Shown: piece after piece, positions 16,639 to 25,092 of the stretch
How the letters are laid out: each line of letters opens with the position of its first letter
Position numbering within the stretch: the stretch's first letter is position 1
From: an uncultured Burkholderiales bacterium
Lineage (GTDB): Bacteria; Pseudomonadota; Gammaproteobacteria; Burkholderiales; JALYOK01
NCBI GenBank assembly: GCA_964488915.1
Contig: CAZAWU010000004.1
Span: 1 to 53,961 of the forward strand
Direction: 5' to 3'
Length of the DNA stretch: 53,961 nt
Made by a program: the position numbers and the translations under genes
The notes under the pieces: generated by a model
Database searches by the model: none
Told to the model about the DNA's origin: nothing
The model's input: only the letters and a program-made list of their open reading frames with translations

Positions 16639-17097
16639 ATGTCAAAACGGTACGGAACAGTTGAAGATCGGTTTTGGAAAGCGGTCCGGCCGCAATCCGA
16701 TGGTGGGTGCTGGCTCTGGCATGGGCCGCGCGACGAGGCTGGCTACGCGCGGATGCGCATCGGCAAGCGCAAGGCTCGGATGCACCGCTGGTCATACGAA
16801 AGGTTCAATGGCCCAATACCGGAGGGCATGTTTGTTTGCCACCGCTGTGATGTGCCGGGCTGCGTTAACCCGGCTCACCTGTTTCTTGGGACGATGGCTG
16901 ACAATGTGGCCGATAAGGTTGCGAAACGCAGGCAGGCAGTTGGTAGACAATCGCCTCACGCAAAGCTGACCGAAGCCGACATTCTGGCCATTCGAGAAGC
17001 AAACGATACTCATCGCTCACTTGGACGACGCTACGGTGTAACTCACGGAATTATCGGCAAGATCAAGCGCCGTGAGGACTGGAAGCACGTCCCATGA
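16639..17097 (+). CDS. Free-standing HNH endonuclease between terS and terL
   Basis: MHRWSY...VCHRCDVPGCVNPAHLFLGT; paralogue of 539-1012. Confidence 0.92.
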   Translation: MSKRYGTVEDRFWKAVRPQSDGGCWLWHGPRDEAGYARMRIGKRKARMHRWSYERFNGPIPEGMFVCHRCDVPGCVNPAHLFLGTMADNVADKVAKRRQAVGRQSPHAKLTEADILAIREANDTHRSLGRRYGVTHGIIGKIKRREDWKHVP

Positions 17098-19368
17098 GCG
17101 ACAAGGCTACGGCCGAATACGTCTGGAGGCCGCAAACGTGGACCGCAGCACGCCTTTGTGACCTGCCCGTACTTTGACGTGTTGTTCGGTGGGGCTCGCG
17201 GCGGGGGCAAGTCGGACGGTTGTCTGGGTGAGTTCGCCCTACACGCCAAGCGATACAGCAAGGACGCCCGCGGCGTGTTCATGCGGCGTGAGATGCCACA
17301 GGCGGACAGCCTCATCGACCGCAGCCAAGACATCTATGGTCCGATGGGGTGGACGTACCAAAAGGTCGATCGGCAATGGACGGCGCCCAACGGTGCAATT
17401 CTGCGGTTCCGACCGCTTGAAGACGATCGGGACGCCGAGAAGTACCAAGGCCAGCAGTTCACGCGGGTCTACCTGGAAGAGATGACCAACTGGCCGACGC
17501 CGCGTGCACCGGACAAGATGAAAGCCACGCTGCGCAGTGCAGCCGGCGTGCCGTGCCGCTTCAGAGCGACGGCCAACCCTGGCGGTGCCGGCCACCACTG
17601 GGTCAAGCAGCGCTACATAGACCCTGCCCCGCAAGGCAAGGTGCCGCTTGAGGATGAAAGCGGCAAGCAAGACCGCATGTTTATCCCGGCCCGCGTGGTC
17701 GACAACGTACTGCTACTGACCGCGGACCCCGGTTACGTTGACCGGCTGCGGATGACAGGCTCGGAAGCGCTTGTGAAGGCGTGGCTTGATGGCGATTGGG
17801 CTGTCATCGAGGGTGCGTTCTTCGACAACTGGTCGACGCATAGGCACGTAACGCCAGCGTTTGAAATACCGGCGCATTGGGCACGGTTCAGGGCAGGCGA
17901 CTGGGGGTCGGCCCGGCCGTTCTCGATCGGCTGGTATGCGATAGCAAGCGATGACACGCCACTACCCAACGGCATGACACTGCCGCGCGGCGGCATGGTC
18001 CGCTATCGCGAGTTCTACGGCTGTATCCCTGGCAAGCTGAACGAGGGCTTGAAGCTCACAGCCGAGCAAGTTGCGCACGGCATCACAGAGCGCCAGCTAC
18101 CAGACGAGAAATTCGTCTATTCGGTGATGGACCCGGCCGCATTCGCACAGGATGGTGGTCCGTCGATCGTCGAACGCATGATGAAAGCGGGCTCTGGCCC
18201 GTGGCGCCCCGCAGACAACACACGCGTAGGCCGCTTGGGTCACATCGTTGGATGGGACTTGGTTCGCCATAGGCTCGACGGCGAAGCGCCTGAGAGGCCG
18301 ATGCTTGTGGTGTTCGATACGTGCAGCGCGTTCATACGCACTGTGCCGCTGTTGCAGCATGACGAGGCCAAGCCGGAAGACGTTGACACGAACTCGGAAG
18401 ATCACTGCTTTATTGACGATACGCAGGTTTTGACGGATAGTGGGCCTAGGCGCATTGCCGATTTGGTCGGGACTGAGGGGCAAGTTCTGACTGTTGGCGG
18501 TGTGTTTGCCGCTTACCGTTCGTGCCGCATGACGCGGCGCAGTGCAGAGGTAGTGCGGCTGTCGTTCGATGATGGAACGCAGGTCACATGCACCCCGGAT
18601 CACAAATTCCTGACCGTGAACGGTTGGGAGATAGCGTCAAAACTGAGTGGCAAGACCCTGTTGCCATATCGGATCGGTGCCAAGAGTTCAGGGGCGTTCG
18701 ATACTACCTCTGCGGAAAATACTTTCAGCGCAAAGGCGTTAGACTTCATCGCGTTGTGTGGCAGTCGCGTTTCGGAGAAATTCCGAAGGGCACGCACATT
18801 CATCACATCGATGATGACCGATCGAACAACGCCATTGCAAACCTCGATGCGCTCTCACACTCAGACCATCTCAGCCACCACGGCGTTCGGCGGGCTGACG
18901 AATGTCGCGAGCGACTTGAGCGGATCAGACACAAGGCTGTTGCCTGGCACGGTAGCGAGGTGGGGCGCGCTTGGCACAGCGAGCACTACGACAAACACAT
19001 TCGCCCGACGCTTTGGCGGCGCGTTGTCCTCACGTGCCAAGTCTGCGGTAAGCAATACGATACGTGCTACACGAGACGGCTTCAGTCCAAGTTCTGCCAT
19101 CAGAATTGCAAGGCGCGTGCGTTGCGTAAGCGTCGAGCCGATGAACGAGCGGCAGGACGTGTACTGTCTGACGGTTCCTGATTACGGATGCTTCGCGCTG
19201 GCGAGCGGTGTGATCGTGTCGAATTGTGGCGACGAAGCACGTTATGCGTGTGCATCCCGTCCGTGGATCAAGCCGACGCCGCAGGTTGACAAGCCGATTA
19301 CGACGATACGTGATGTGACGCTGAACAAGCTTTGGAAATCGCGGGGCGGAGATAGGGCGAGGGTGTGA
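17094..19368 (+). CDS. terL: Terminase large subunit, intein-containing, with +1 frame break near 17136
   Basis: MSDKATAEYVWRPQ (frame from 17094) joins RGPQHAFVTCPY...GGARGGGKS Walker A, YLEEM Walker B, DWGSARPFS nuclease, EDH/C-DEARY. Confidence 0.92.
18406..19224 (+). mobile_element. Intein (273 aa) in the TerL nuclease domain
   Basis: Block A CFIDDTQVLTDSG, block B TCTPDHKFLT, block F VYCLTV, block G IVSN followed by Cys+1; removal restores EDH-CGDEARY. Confidence 0.92.
18588..19181 (+). CDS. HNH homing endonuclease nested inside the intein in an alternative (-1) frame
   Basis: RLHRVVW...GEIPKGTHIHHIDDDRSNNAIANL...H..HH and CQVCG...FCHQNC; both frames fully open. Confidence 0.88.
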   Translation: MHPGSQIPDRERLGDSVKTEWQDPVAISDRCQEFRGVRYYLCGKYFQRKGVRLHRVVWQSRFGEIPKGTHIHHIDDDRSNNAIANLDALSHSDHLSHHGVRRADECRERLERIRHKAVAWHGSEVGRAWHSEHYDKHIRPTLWRRVVLTCQVCGKQYDTCYTRRLQSKFCHQNCKARALRKRRADERAAGRVLSDGS

Positions 19369-19453
19369 TGGCGCAAAAGATAAGGCCAATCGACATCAAG
19401 TTGAGAGATATCTGTAGATGATCCCGACGGCGATTTCGAAAACAAGCATGGCA

Positions 19454-19636
19454 CTACACCTTGATCGAGTACGGGCAGGATTGATAGGCGCGGATCGTCG
19501 TGTAGTAATTCGAGCCTAGAAACTCGTACACGCAGATCTTGTTCTGTCCGCTGATGAATTCGCCCTTGTAGAACGCGGTCGCCGCTAGCGCTGGCGATGC
19601 TGTGATCAGGGCAAGAATGACGATGAGTTTGTGCAT
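19454..19636 (-). CDS. Small secreted protein (moron-like)
   Basis: Signal peptide ending PALA; two Cys; GGAGG SD; opposite strand to the late operon. Confidence 0.8.
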   Translation of the reverse strand: MHKLIVILALITASPALAATAFYKGEFISGQNKICVYEFLGSNYYTTIRAYQSCPYSIKV

Positions 19637-19746
19637 GGTGCCTGTCCTCCAACGAGGAAATTGAGGCGCCTAGAATACGGCAGAATTGCGACGGCGGAAA
19701 GTCTCTCGACAAGACGCTGGCCCCGGCTCATCCCCCAACATCCCCC

Positions 19747-19777
19747 AAGGGTCAGCCCGCTGTCGCAACCCTTTTTT
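19747..19777 (+). terminator. Terminator-like hairpin before the structural operon
   Basis: AAGGGT/ACCCTT stem with inner CAG/CTG and T-run. Confidence 0.45.
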
Positions 19778-19789
19778 GGAGTGAAGTAA

Positions 19790-20092
19790 ATGGCAAAGCA
19801 GGCGGGCGCAGAAGATAACAGAGATATATTTGAGAAGGCGCTAGATAGCGCGCCTGTCATTGGTGCCGCCATCGGCATGACCGTTGGTGGCGCCATCGGT
19901 AGGAAGCTGGCGCGTAATGCTGCATTGAAAAAATCAAATTTGTTTGGAGAGGGGCGGCGATCAGGAACGCTAGATAAAGCGCTTCGCACGGCAGGATTTG
20001 TTGGCGGTGGTGCTGGCGTTGGGGGCCTTGTCGGGCTTTCGGGTGGCGTAGCGGCGAAGGCGTCGCAGAAGAAGCGAGGCGCGCGTAAATGA
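19790..20092 (+). CDS. Glycine-zipper protein, paralogue A
   Basis: DIFEKAL motif, two GxxxG-rich hydrophobic segments, basic tail. Confidence 0.75.
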   Translation: MAKQAGAEDNRDIFEKALDSAPVIGAAIGMTVGGAIGRKLARNAALKKSNLFGEGRRSGTLDKALRTAGFVGGGAGVGGLVGLSGGVAAKASQKKRGARK

Positions 20093-20403
20093 CCGCAGTC
20101 ACAACGATCACCGGCGGCATTGGTCCCGGCAGTCACCAATTCACGAACATCACGACCGCCACGACCACAACCGTGAAGTCAGGCAGCGGCACGCTTGTGC
20201 GTATCGTGAACAACAAGAAGGTCGCGAGCGGTGTGGTCACGATCTACGACAACACGGCCGGCAGCGGTACGAAGATCGGAACGATCACGAGCCCGGCCAC
20301 GTTGCTCGACAATCAGCAGGTGTATGAATACGGCGTCGCGTTCACGAACGGTCTGACCATCGTGACGGCGCAGGCCGATGACCTGACGGTTGTCTGGGAC
20401 TGA
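20089..20403 (+). CDS. Thr-rich beta-sheet protein, probably virion structural
   Basis: T/G/V-rich composition; in late operon. Confidence 0.7.
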   Translation: MTAVTTITGGIGPGSHQFTNITTATTTTVKSGSGTLVRIVNNKKVASGVVTIYDNTAGSGTKIGTITSPATLLDNQQVYEYGVAFTNGLTIVTAQADDLTVVWD

Positions 20404-20930
20404 TGCCGTACAACGGCCTTCGAGCTAAGCGCGGTCGCGAGCGTCTGGCGCAGGCTCTCATGCAAAAGGATTTCAACCCCAGCCTGCCGGTCGATAACCC
20501 GCGCGTGACCTCGCCTTGGGGTATGCGCACGCACCCGATCCTGAACACGAAGAAGTTTCACGACGGCATCGACTACGGTGTACCGCAAGGCTCGCCGATC
20601 TACGCAAGTGACGATGGGTACATCAGCGCGGCAGGCTCAAGCGACCCGGTGCACGGAACATCCGTGACGGTGAAGCATCCGAGCCGCAAGGGCACATACG
20701 AAACGCGCTACCATCATATGAAGAAGATGTCGAAAGCGGGGCTCAAAGGTGGTTGGGTGAAAAAGGGTGACATCATCGGCTATTCCGGCAACACAGGCCG
20801 ATCGACCGGGCCGCACCTTCATTACGGCATGTGGTTAGGGAAGCAATCCGTTGATCCAGGCTCGTTTGAGAGCATCAGAGGGCTAAGCGATGCGGATATT
20901 GCGCGCATGACGAAACCTAAGCGCACGTAA
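20403..20930 (+). CDS. M23-family peptidoglycan endopeptidase
   Basis: FHDGIDYG (HxxxD) and TGPHLHY (HxH). Confidence 0.92.
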   Translation: MPYNGLRAKRGRERLAQALMQKDFNPSLPVDNPRVTSPWGMRTHPILNTKKFHDGIDYGVPQGSPIYASDDGYISAAGSSDPVHGTSVTVKHPSRKGTYETRYHHMKKMSKAGLKGGWVKKGDIIGYSGNTGRSTGPHLHYGMWLGKQSVDPGSFESIRGLSDADIARMTKPKRT

Positions 20931-23560
20931 TGGCCAAGAAGAGACGCCTGAAATACGGCGCCGCCCTGCTCGACAACGAACCAAGCTCAGCCAAGCCGTC
21001 CGATGACGCACGCACGAGAGAGGCGCGCGCATACAAGCATTGGATGGAAGAAATCGACGCGGCGAAGAAGGAGTTCAAGGACTACTGGGCTCGCGGCCGC
21101 AAGATCGTCAAGCTGTACAAGGACGATCGCAAGAGCAAAGGCGAGGTCATCGGATCAGCCAGCGACCGCATGAATATCTTGTGGTCGAATGTGGAGACGT
21201 TGAAGCCGGCGCTTTACAGCAAAACGCCGATGCCGAACGTGTCGCGACGGTTCATGGATAGTGACCCCGTGAGCCGTACCGCGGCCATGATCCTTGAGCG
21301 CTGCCTGGTCACGGTGATCGAGCTAACCGACATCGATTACCCGCTCTCGCGCGCTCGCGACGACTATTTGTTGCCCGGCCGCGGCACGGTGTGGATCAGG
21401 TTTGCGCCACAGAAGGCGATGATCCCGTATCGGGAGCCGGTCACGAAGATCGATCTTGGAAGCCGTGCCGTTTATCGCCCGTTCAAGGGTGGGGACGAGA
21501 TACCGGAAGACAAGATCAAGGAGGACGAGGAGGGGCTCTACTACGAGGGTGAGCCCGAGGAGCAAATCCTAGCCTACGGCCTCGATCTCGATCACCTTTT
21601 GTGGACAGACTACCTGCACGAACCCGTCAACGATTGGACGAAGATCGGCTGGCAGGCAAAGCGCGTGGATATGAAGCGCTCGAAGCTGATCAAGCTGTTT
21701 GGCGAAGAGAAGGGCCGCAAGGTCAAGCTCAACAAGACGTTCAACGCGCGACCGAAGGAAGAGGGCGCGGACGGTGGCGGCGACCGAGGCAAGCCCGATT
21801 GCGCCGAGGTGTGGGAGATTTGGTCTAAGGACCACAAGTGCGTTTATTGGGTCACGGACGGCCTGCCGGATGAATTGCTCAAGCATGAGGAAGACCCACT
21901 AGGATTGCATGACTTCTGGCCGTTGCCGCGCCCGCTCTTTGCGACCACGACGACAGACAGCCTCATTCCGACACCTGATTACGCGCTCTATCAGGATCAA
22001 GCGGAACAGCTCGACAAGCTCACGGACCGCATTCGGCTATTGATCGAGGCGTTGCGTGTGGTTGGCGTCTACAACGCCGAGATGGCGTCGCTTGATCAGC
22101 TATTGAACGAGACCGGCGAGAACCAGATGGTTCCGGTCGATAATTGGATGACGTTCGCACAGTCGGGCGGCTTGAAAGGCAACCTCGACTGGTTGCCGAT
22201 CGAGATGATTGCGACGGTGCTGACGCAGTTGTTTAGCGCTCGTGCGCAGATCAAGAACGACCTCTACGAAATCACGGGCATCAGCGACGTTATTCGCGGC
22301 GCAACGGCACCTGAAGAGACGGCGACGGCACAGCAGATCAAGGCCAACTTTGGCAATCTGCGTTTGCAGGCGCGGCAAGGCGAGATGGCGCGGTTCGCTC
22401 GCGACACCATTCGCAAGATGGCCGAGATCATTGCGGAGCACTATTCGGAAGAAGCCCTGATCGAGATGTCGGGCATTCTTTCGATGGACGAGTTCAAGCA
22501 GACCGGCGACCCGCAGAAGGATGCGGCGGCGCAGATGAAGGTCAAGCAAGCCGTCACGATGCTGAAATCGGACAAGCTGCGGACGTTCAAGGTCGATATC
22601 GAGACGGATGCAACGGTTGCGCCGGATCAGCAGAAAGAGAAGGAAGCGCGCGTCGAGTTCCTGAGTGCAGTCGCGCCGTTTCTCGAGAAGGCTGCGATGG
22701 TCGGTGCGCAGGCGCCGCAACTCGTGCCGCTGTTGCTCAAGATGCTCGACTTTGGCGTGAAGGGTTTCCGCGCCGGTCGCACGCTTGAGAATGCGATCGA
22801 AGAAACGATCGGCATGGCCGAGAAGATGCAGCAGGAGGCGCAAGCCAGCCCGCAGCAAGCGCCCGCCGATCCGGCCGCGGAAGCAATGGCCGCGAAGCTT
22901 GCGGCCGAGACTGAGAAGCTCAAGGCCGAGTTGGCGCAGTTGCAGGCCGAGGCGCAGGTTAAGGCACAGGAGAACGAGGCCAAGAAGCTTGAGGCTGAAG
23001 AGCGTCGCAATCGTGAGCGTGAGACGTTCCGGCAAACGATGCTCAAGGTAACGCAAGAGGTCGAGAACCGCCGCCTTGAGCATGAGAAGCAGTGCAAGCT
23101 ACTTGAATTGCAGATTGCGAAGGCCGAACTCGAATTGCAGCAACTCGGGGCGTCGCCTGAGCTACCGCAGGAGCAGGTTGGCGCAGATGCAGCCGAGCAT
23201 GTGGCCCGCGCATCGGCGGCGCAAATCCAATTGCTGGAGAACAAGAAGAAGTTCGTTCAGTTGCAGCAGGAATTGGCCGGCATCGAAGGGCTTGGCTCTG
23301 CATTGAGCGCGATCAGCACTGACGACATCGGCACGCCGTTGTTCAACAAGCCGAAGAAGCGCACGAAGAAGTTCACGCAATTCATCCACGACGAGCAGAC
23401 CGGCAAGATTATCGGCGGCACGACGGAAGAGATCGAGGTCGAGGACAACGCGCCGGACAACAACCCGGACGGCGGTTCCAAGCAGCACCAATTCGTCAGA
23501 GACGATAGCGGCGCGCTTGTTGGCGTGATGACCGAGGACAGAGAGGAAGACGCGGCATGA
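20930..23560 (+). CDS. Portal protein with long C-terminal coiled-coil extension
   Basis: 876 aa after terL; NILWSNVETLKPALY, DLYEITGISDVIRG, TATAQQIK; heptad-rich tail. Confidence 0.85.
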   Translation: MAKKRRLKYGAALLDNEPSSAKPSDDARTREARAYKHWMEEIDAAKKEFKDYWARGRKIVKLYKDDRKSKGEVIGSASDRMNILWSNVETLKPALYSKTPMPNVSRRFMDSDPVSRTAAMILERCLVTVIELTDIDYPLSRARDDYLLPGRGTVWIRFAPQKAMIPYREPVTKIDLGSRAVYRPFKGGDEIPEDKIKEDEEGLYYEGEPEEQILAYGLDLDHLLWTDYLHEPVNDWTKIGWQAKRVDMKRSKLIKLFGEEKGRKVKLNKTFNARPKEEGADGGGDRGKPDCAEVWEIWSKDHKCVYWVTDGLPDELLKHEEDPLGLHDFWPLPRPLFATTTTDSLIPTPDYALYQDQAEQLDKLTDRIRLLIEALRVVGVYNAEMASLDQLLNETGENQMVPVDNWMTFAQSGGLKGNLDWLPIEMIATVLTQLFSARAQIKNDLYEITGISDVIRGATAPEETATAQQIKANFGNLRLQARQGEMARFARDTIRKMAEIIAEHYSEEALIEMSGILSMDEFKQTGDPQKDAAAQMKVKQAVTMLKSDKLRTFKVDIETDATVAPDQQKEKEARVEFLSAVAPFLEKAAMVGAQAPQLVPLLLKMLDFGVKGFRAGRTLENAIEETIGMAEKMQQEAQASPQQAPADPAAEAMAAKLAAETEKLKAELAQLQAEAQVKAQENEAKKLEAEERRNRERETFRQTMLKVTQEVENRRLEHEKQCKLLELQIAKAELELQQLGASPELPQEQVGADAAEHVARASAAQIQLLENKKKFVQLQQELAGIEGLGSALSAISTDDIGTPLFNKPKKRTKKFTQFIHDEQTGKIIGGTTEEIEVEDNAPDNNPDGGSKQHQFVRDDSGALVGVMTEDREEDAA

Positions 23561-23904
23561 TGCGTATTTCCATCGACGAACTGGCCAAGTCCGTTGCGGA
23601 CGAGGCGCATCGCAGAACTGGTTTGCTCATAGGCTACGACGCCACGATGGACGATGTGGGGCAGCGTGTGCTGTTCACGTTCGTGCGTGATGGGAAGTAC
23701 GTCTACGAAAACGCTTCATATGAAGAGTTGAAGCGTCCGCCCGGCTGGCAGCCGATATTTGACCGGCTCGTGGGTGTGGTGTGCGAAGGAACTGTGCGCC
23801 GTGAGAACCGCGGCGAGCCGGAAATCCCGATAGTGATCGATCAGCGCGGCAAGCGGCATTTCCGCATGGTCGCAGAGACCGGTTACCTCGGTCTTAGGAG
23901 ATAG
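23557..23904 (+). CDS. Hypothetical protein
   Basis: ATGA-coupled to portal. Confidence 0.65.
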   Translation: MMRISIDELAKSVADEAHRRTGLLIGYDATMDDVGQRVLFTFVRDGKYVYENASYEELKRPPGWQPIFDRLVGVVCEGTVRRENRGEPEIPIVIDQRGKRHFRMVAETGYLGLRR

Positions 23905-23907
23905 CAA

Positions 23908-24336
23908 GTGGCGTCCTACAACAAGCATCAAGCCTTCGTCGAGCATTTGGCCGAGGGGGTTCATAACTTCACGTCCGATGCGACGTGCACGCCGACAGTG
24001 GCATTGACGGCAGCGGCAAACGCACCCGTTGCCACGAACAGCGTGCTCGCGGATTTGACGCAAGTCAGCTACACGAACCTCTCGGCGCGCGTCATTACGG
24101 TCACCTCATCTTCGCAGTCGTCCGGCACATACAAACTCGTGCTCGCCGACTTGGTGCTGACCGCATCGGGCAGTGTGGCGACGTTCCGTTATGTCGACGT
24201 GTACAACGATGATCCAACGTCGCCGGCCGATCCGCTCATTGCGTGGTACGACTACGGCGGGGACGTGAGCTTGGCGAGCGGTGAGACGTTCACGGTCGAT
24301 TTCGACGCCACCAACGGCTTTTTTCAGATCGCTTGA
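23908..24336 (+). CDS. Putative virion structural protein
   Basis: GGAG SD; beta-rich, LIAWYDYG...GETFTVDF. Confidence 0.7.
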   Translation: MASYNKHQAFVEHLAEGVHNFTSDATCTPTVALTAAANAPVATNSVLADLTQVSYTNLSARVITVTSSSQSSGTYKLVLADLVLTASGSVATFRYVDVYNDDPTSPADPLIAWYDYGGDVSLASGETFTVDFDATNGFFQIA

Positions 24337-24342
24337 GGTCAC

Positions 24343-24597
24343 ATGGCAGCGCTGACCGCACAACAACGCACAGACGCACATGCTGATTGGCAGCGGACGT
24401 TTGCGAGCGCCGAGACGATTGCTGTTGAAAGGGCTGACGTGAAGGCAGCGTTTGATGCAATGGACGATTGGCTTGATTTGAACGAGACAACCTTGAACCT
24501 CGCCATTCCCCTGCCGGCACGAACCAACCTGACGGCGGCACAGAAGCGGCGACTGTTCTTGTGGGTTGTCCGCAAGCGCTACGAAACGGGAACATAA
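24343..24597 (+). CDS. Hypothetical protein
   Basis: GAGG SD. Confidence 0.7.
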   Translation: MAALTAQQRTDAHADWQRTFASAETIAVERADVKAAFDAMDDWLDLNETTLNLAIPLPARTNLTAAQKRRLFLWVVRKRYETGT

Positions 24598-24600
24598 AAC

Positions 24601-25092
24601 GTGGCAACCGGGAATACTTTAGCCGTCTTTCTGCCGATGGGTTACGAGCCGCCATCGTCGAACTATGCGACGCTCGACACGCGCAATGGCCATCCCGTTC
24701 TCGACTTCGATACGACGACGCAAGAGACAGCTATTTGGACCGGCGTCTTGCCGCGTCACTATGCTGGCGGTGGTATTACGGTGTACATCCATTGGGCCGC
24801 GACGAGCGCGACTTCCGGCACGATAGGGTGGGACGTCTCGTTCGAGCGCATCGGCGACGGCTCGCAAGATATCGACAGCGACGGATTTGCAACGGCGCAG
24901 ACCGTCACCGCGGCAACCGTGCCCGGCACATCCGGCAACGTGGACATCACGAATGTGGCGATCACGGACGGCGCGAACATTGACAGCGTTGCGGTCGGTG
25001 AGGCGTTCCGCATCCGTGTGCGCCGCGATGTGGCGAACGACACGGCGTCGGGCGATGCGGAGTTGATTGCGGTCGAGCTGAAAGAGACCTAA
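24601..25092 (+). CDS. Stand-alone beta-sandwich domain paralogous to the tail-fibre C-terminus
   Basis: Aligns by eye with the last ~170 aa of 47388-48950. Confidence 0.7.
   Translation: MATGNTLAVFLPMGYEPPSSNYATLDTRNGHPVLDFDTTTQETAIWTGVLPRHYAGGGITVYIHWAATSATSGTIGWDVSFERIGDGSQDIDSDGFATAQTVTAATVPGTSGNVDITNVAITDGANIDSVAVGEAFRIRVRRDVANDTASGDAELIAVELKET

Noticed and set aside
16572-17097. HNH between terS and terL as part of a group I intron
   Set aside because: terS ends normally, terL starts coupled to the HNH stop, and no intron core was recognisable.
19180-19224. Class 3 intein assignment from the block F Cys (VYCLTV)
   Set aside because: The intein begins with Cys and lacks the Trp and Thr of the class 3 signature; treated as class 1 with a non-His penultimate residue.
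19368-19421. 17-codon ORF after terL
   Set aside because: Too short, no supporting features beyond TGATG coupling.
22100-23244. Long minus-strand ORFs (327 and 205 aa)
   Set aside because: Antisense shadows of the portal coiled coil, expected from GC-rich codon bias.
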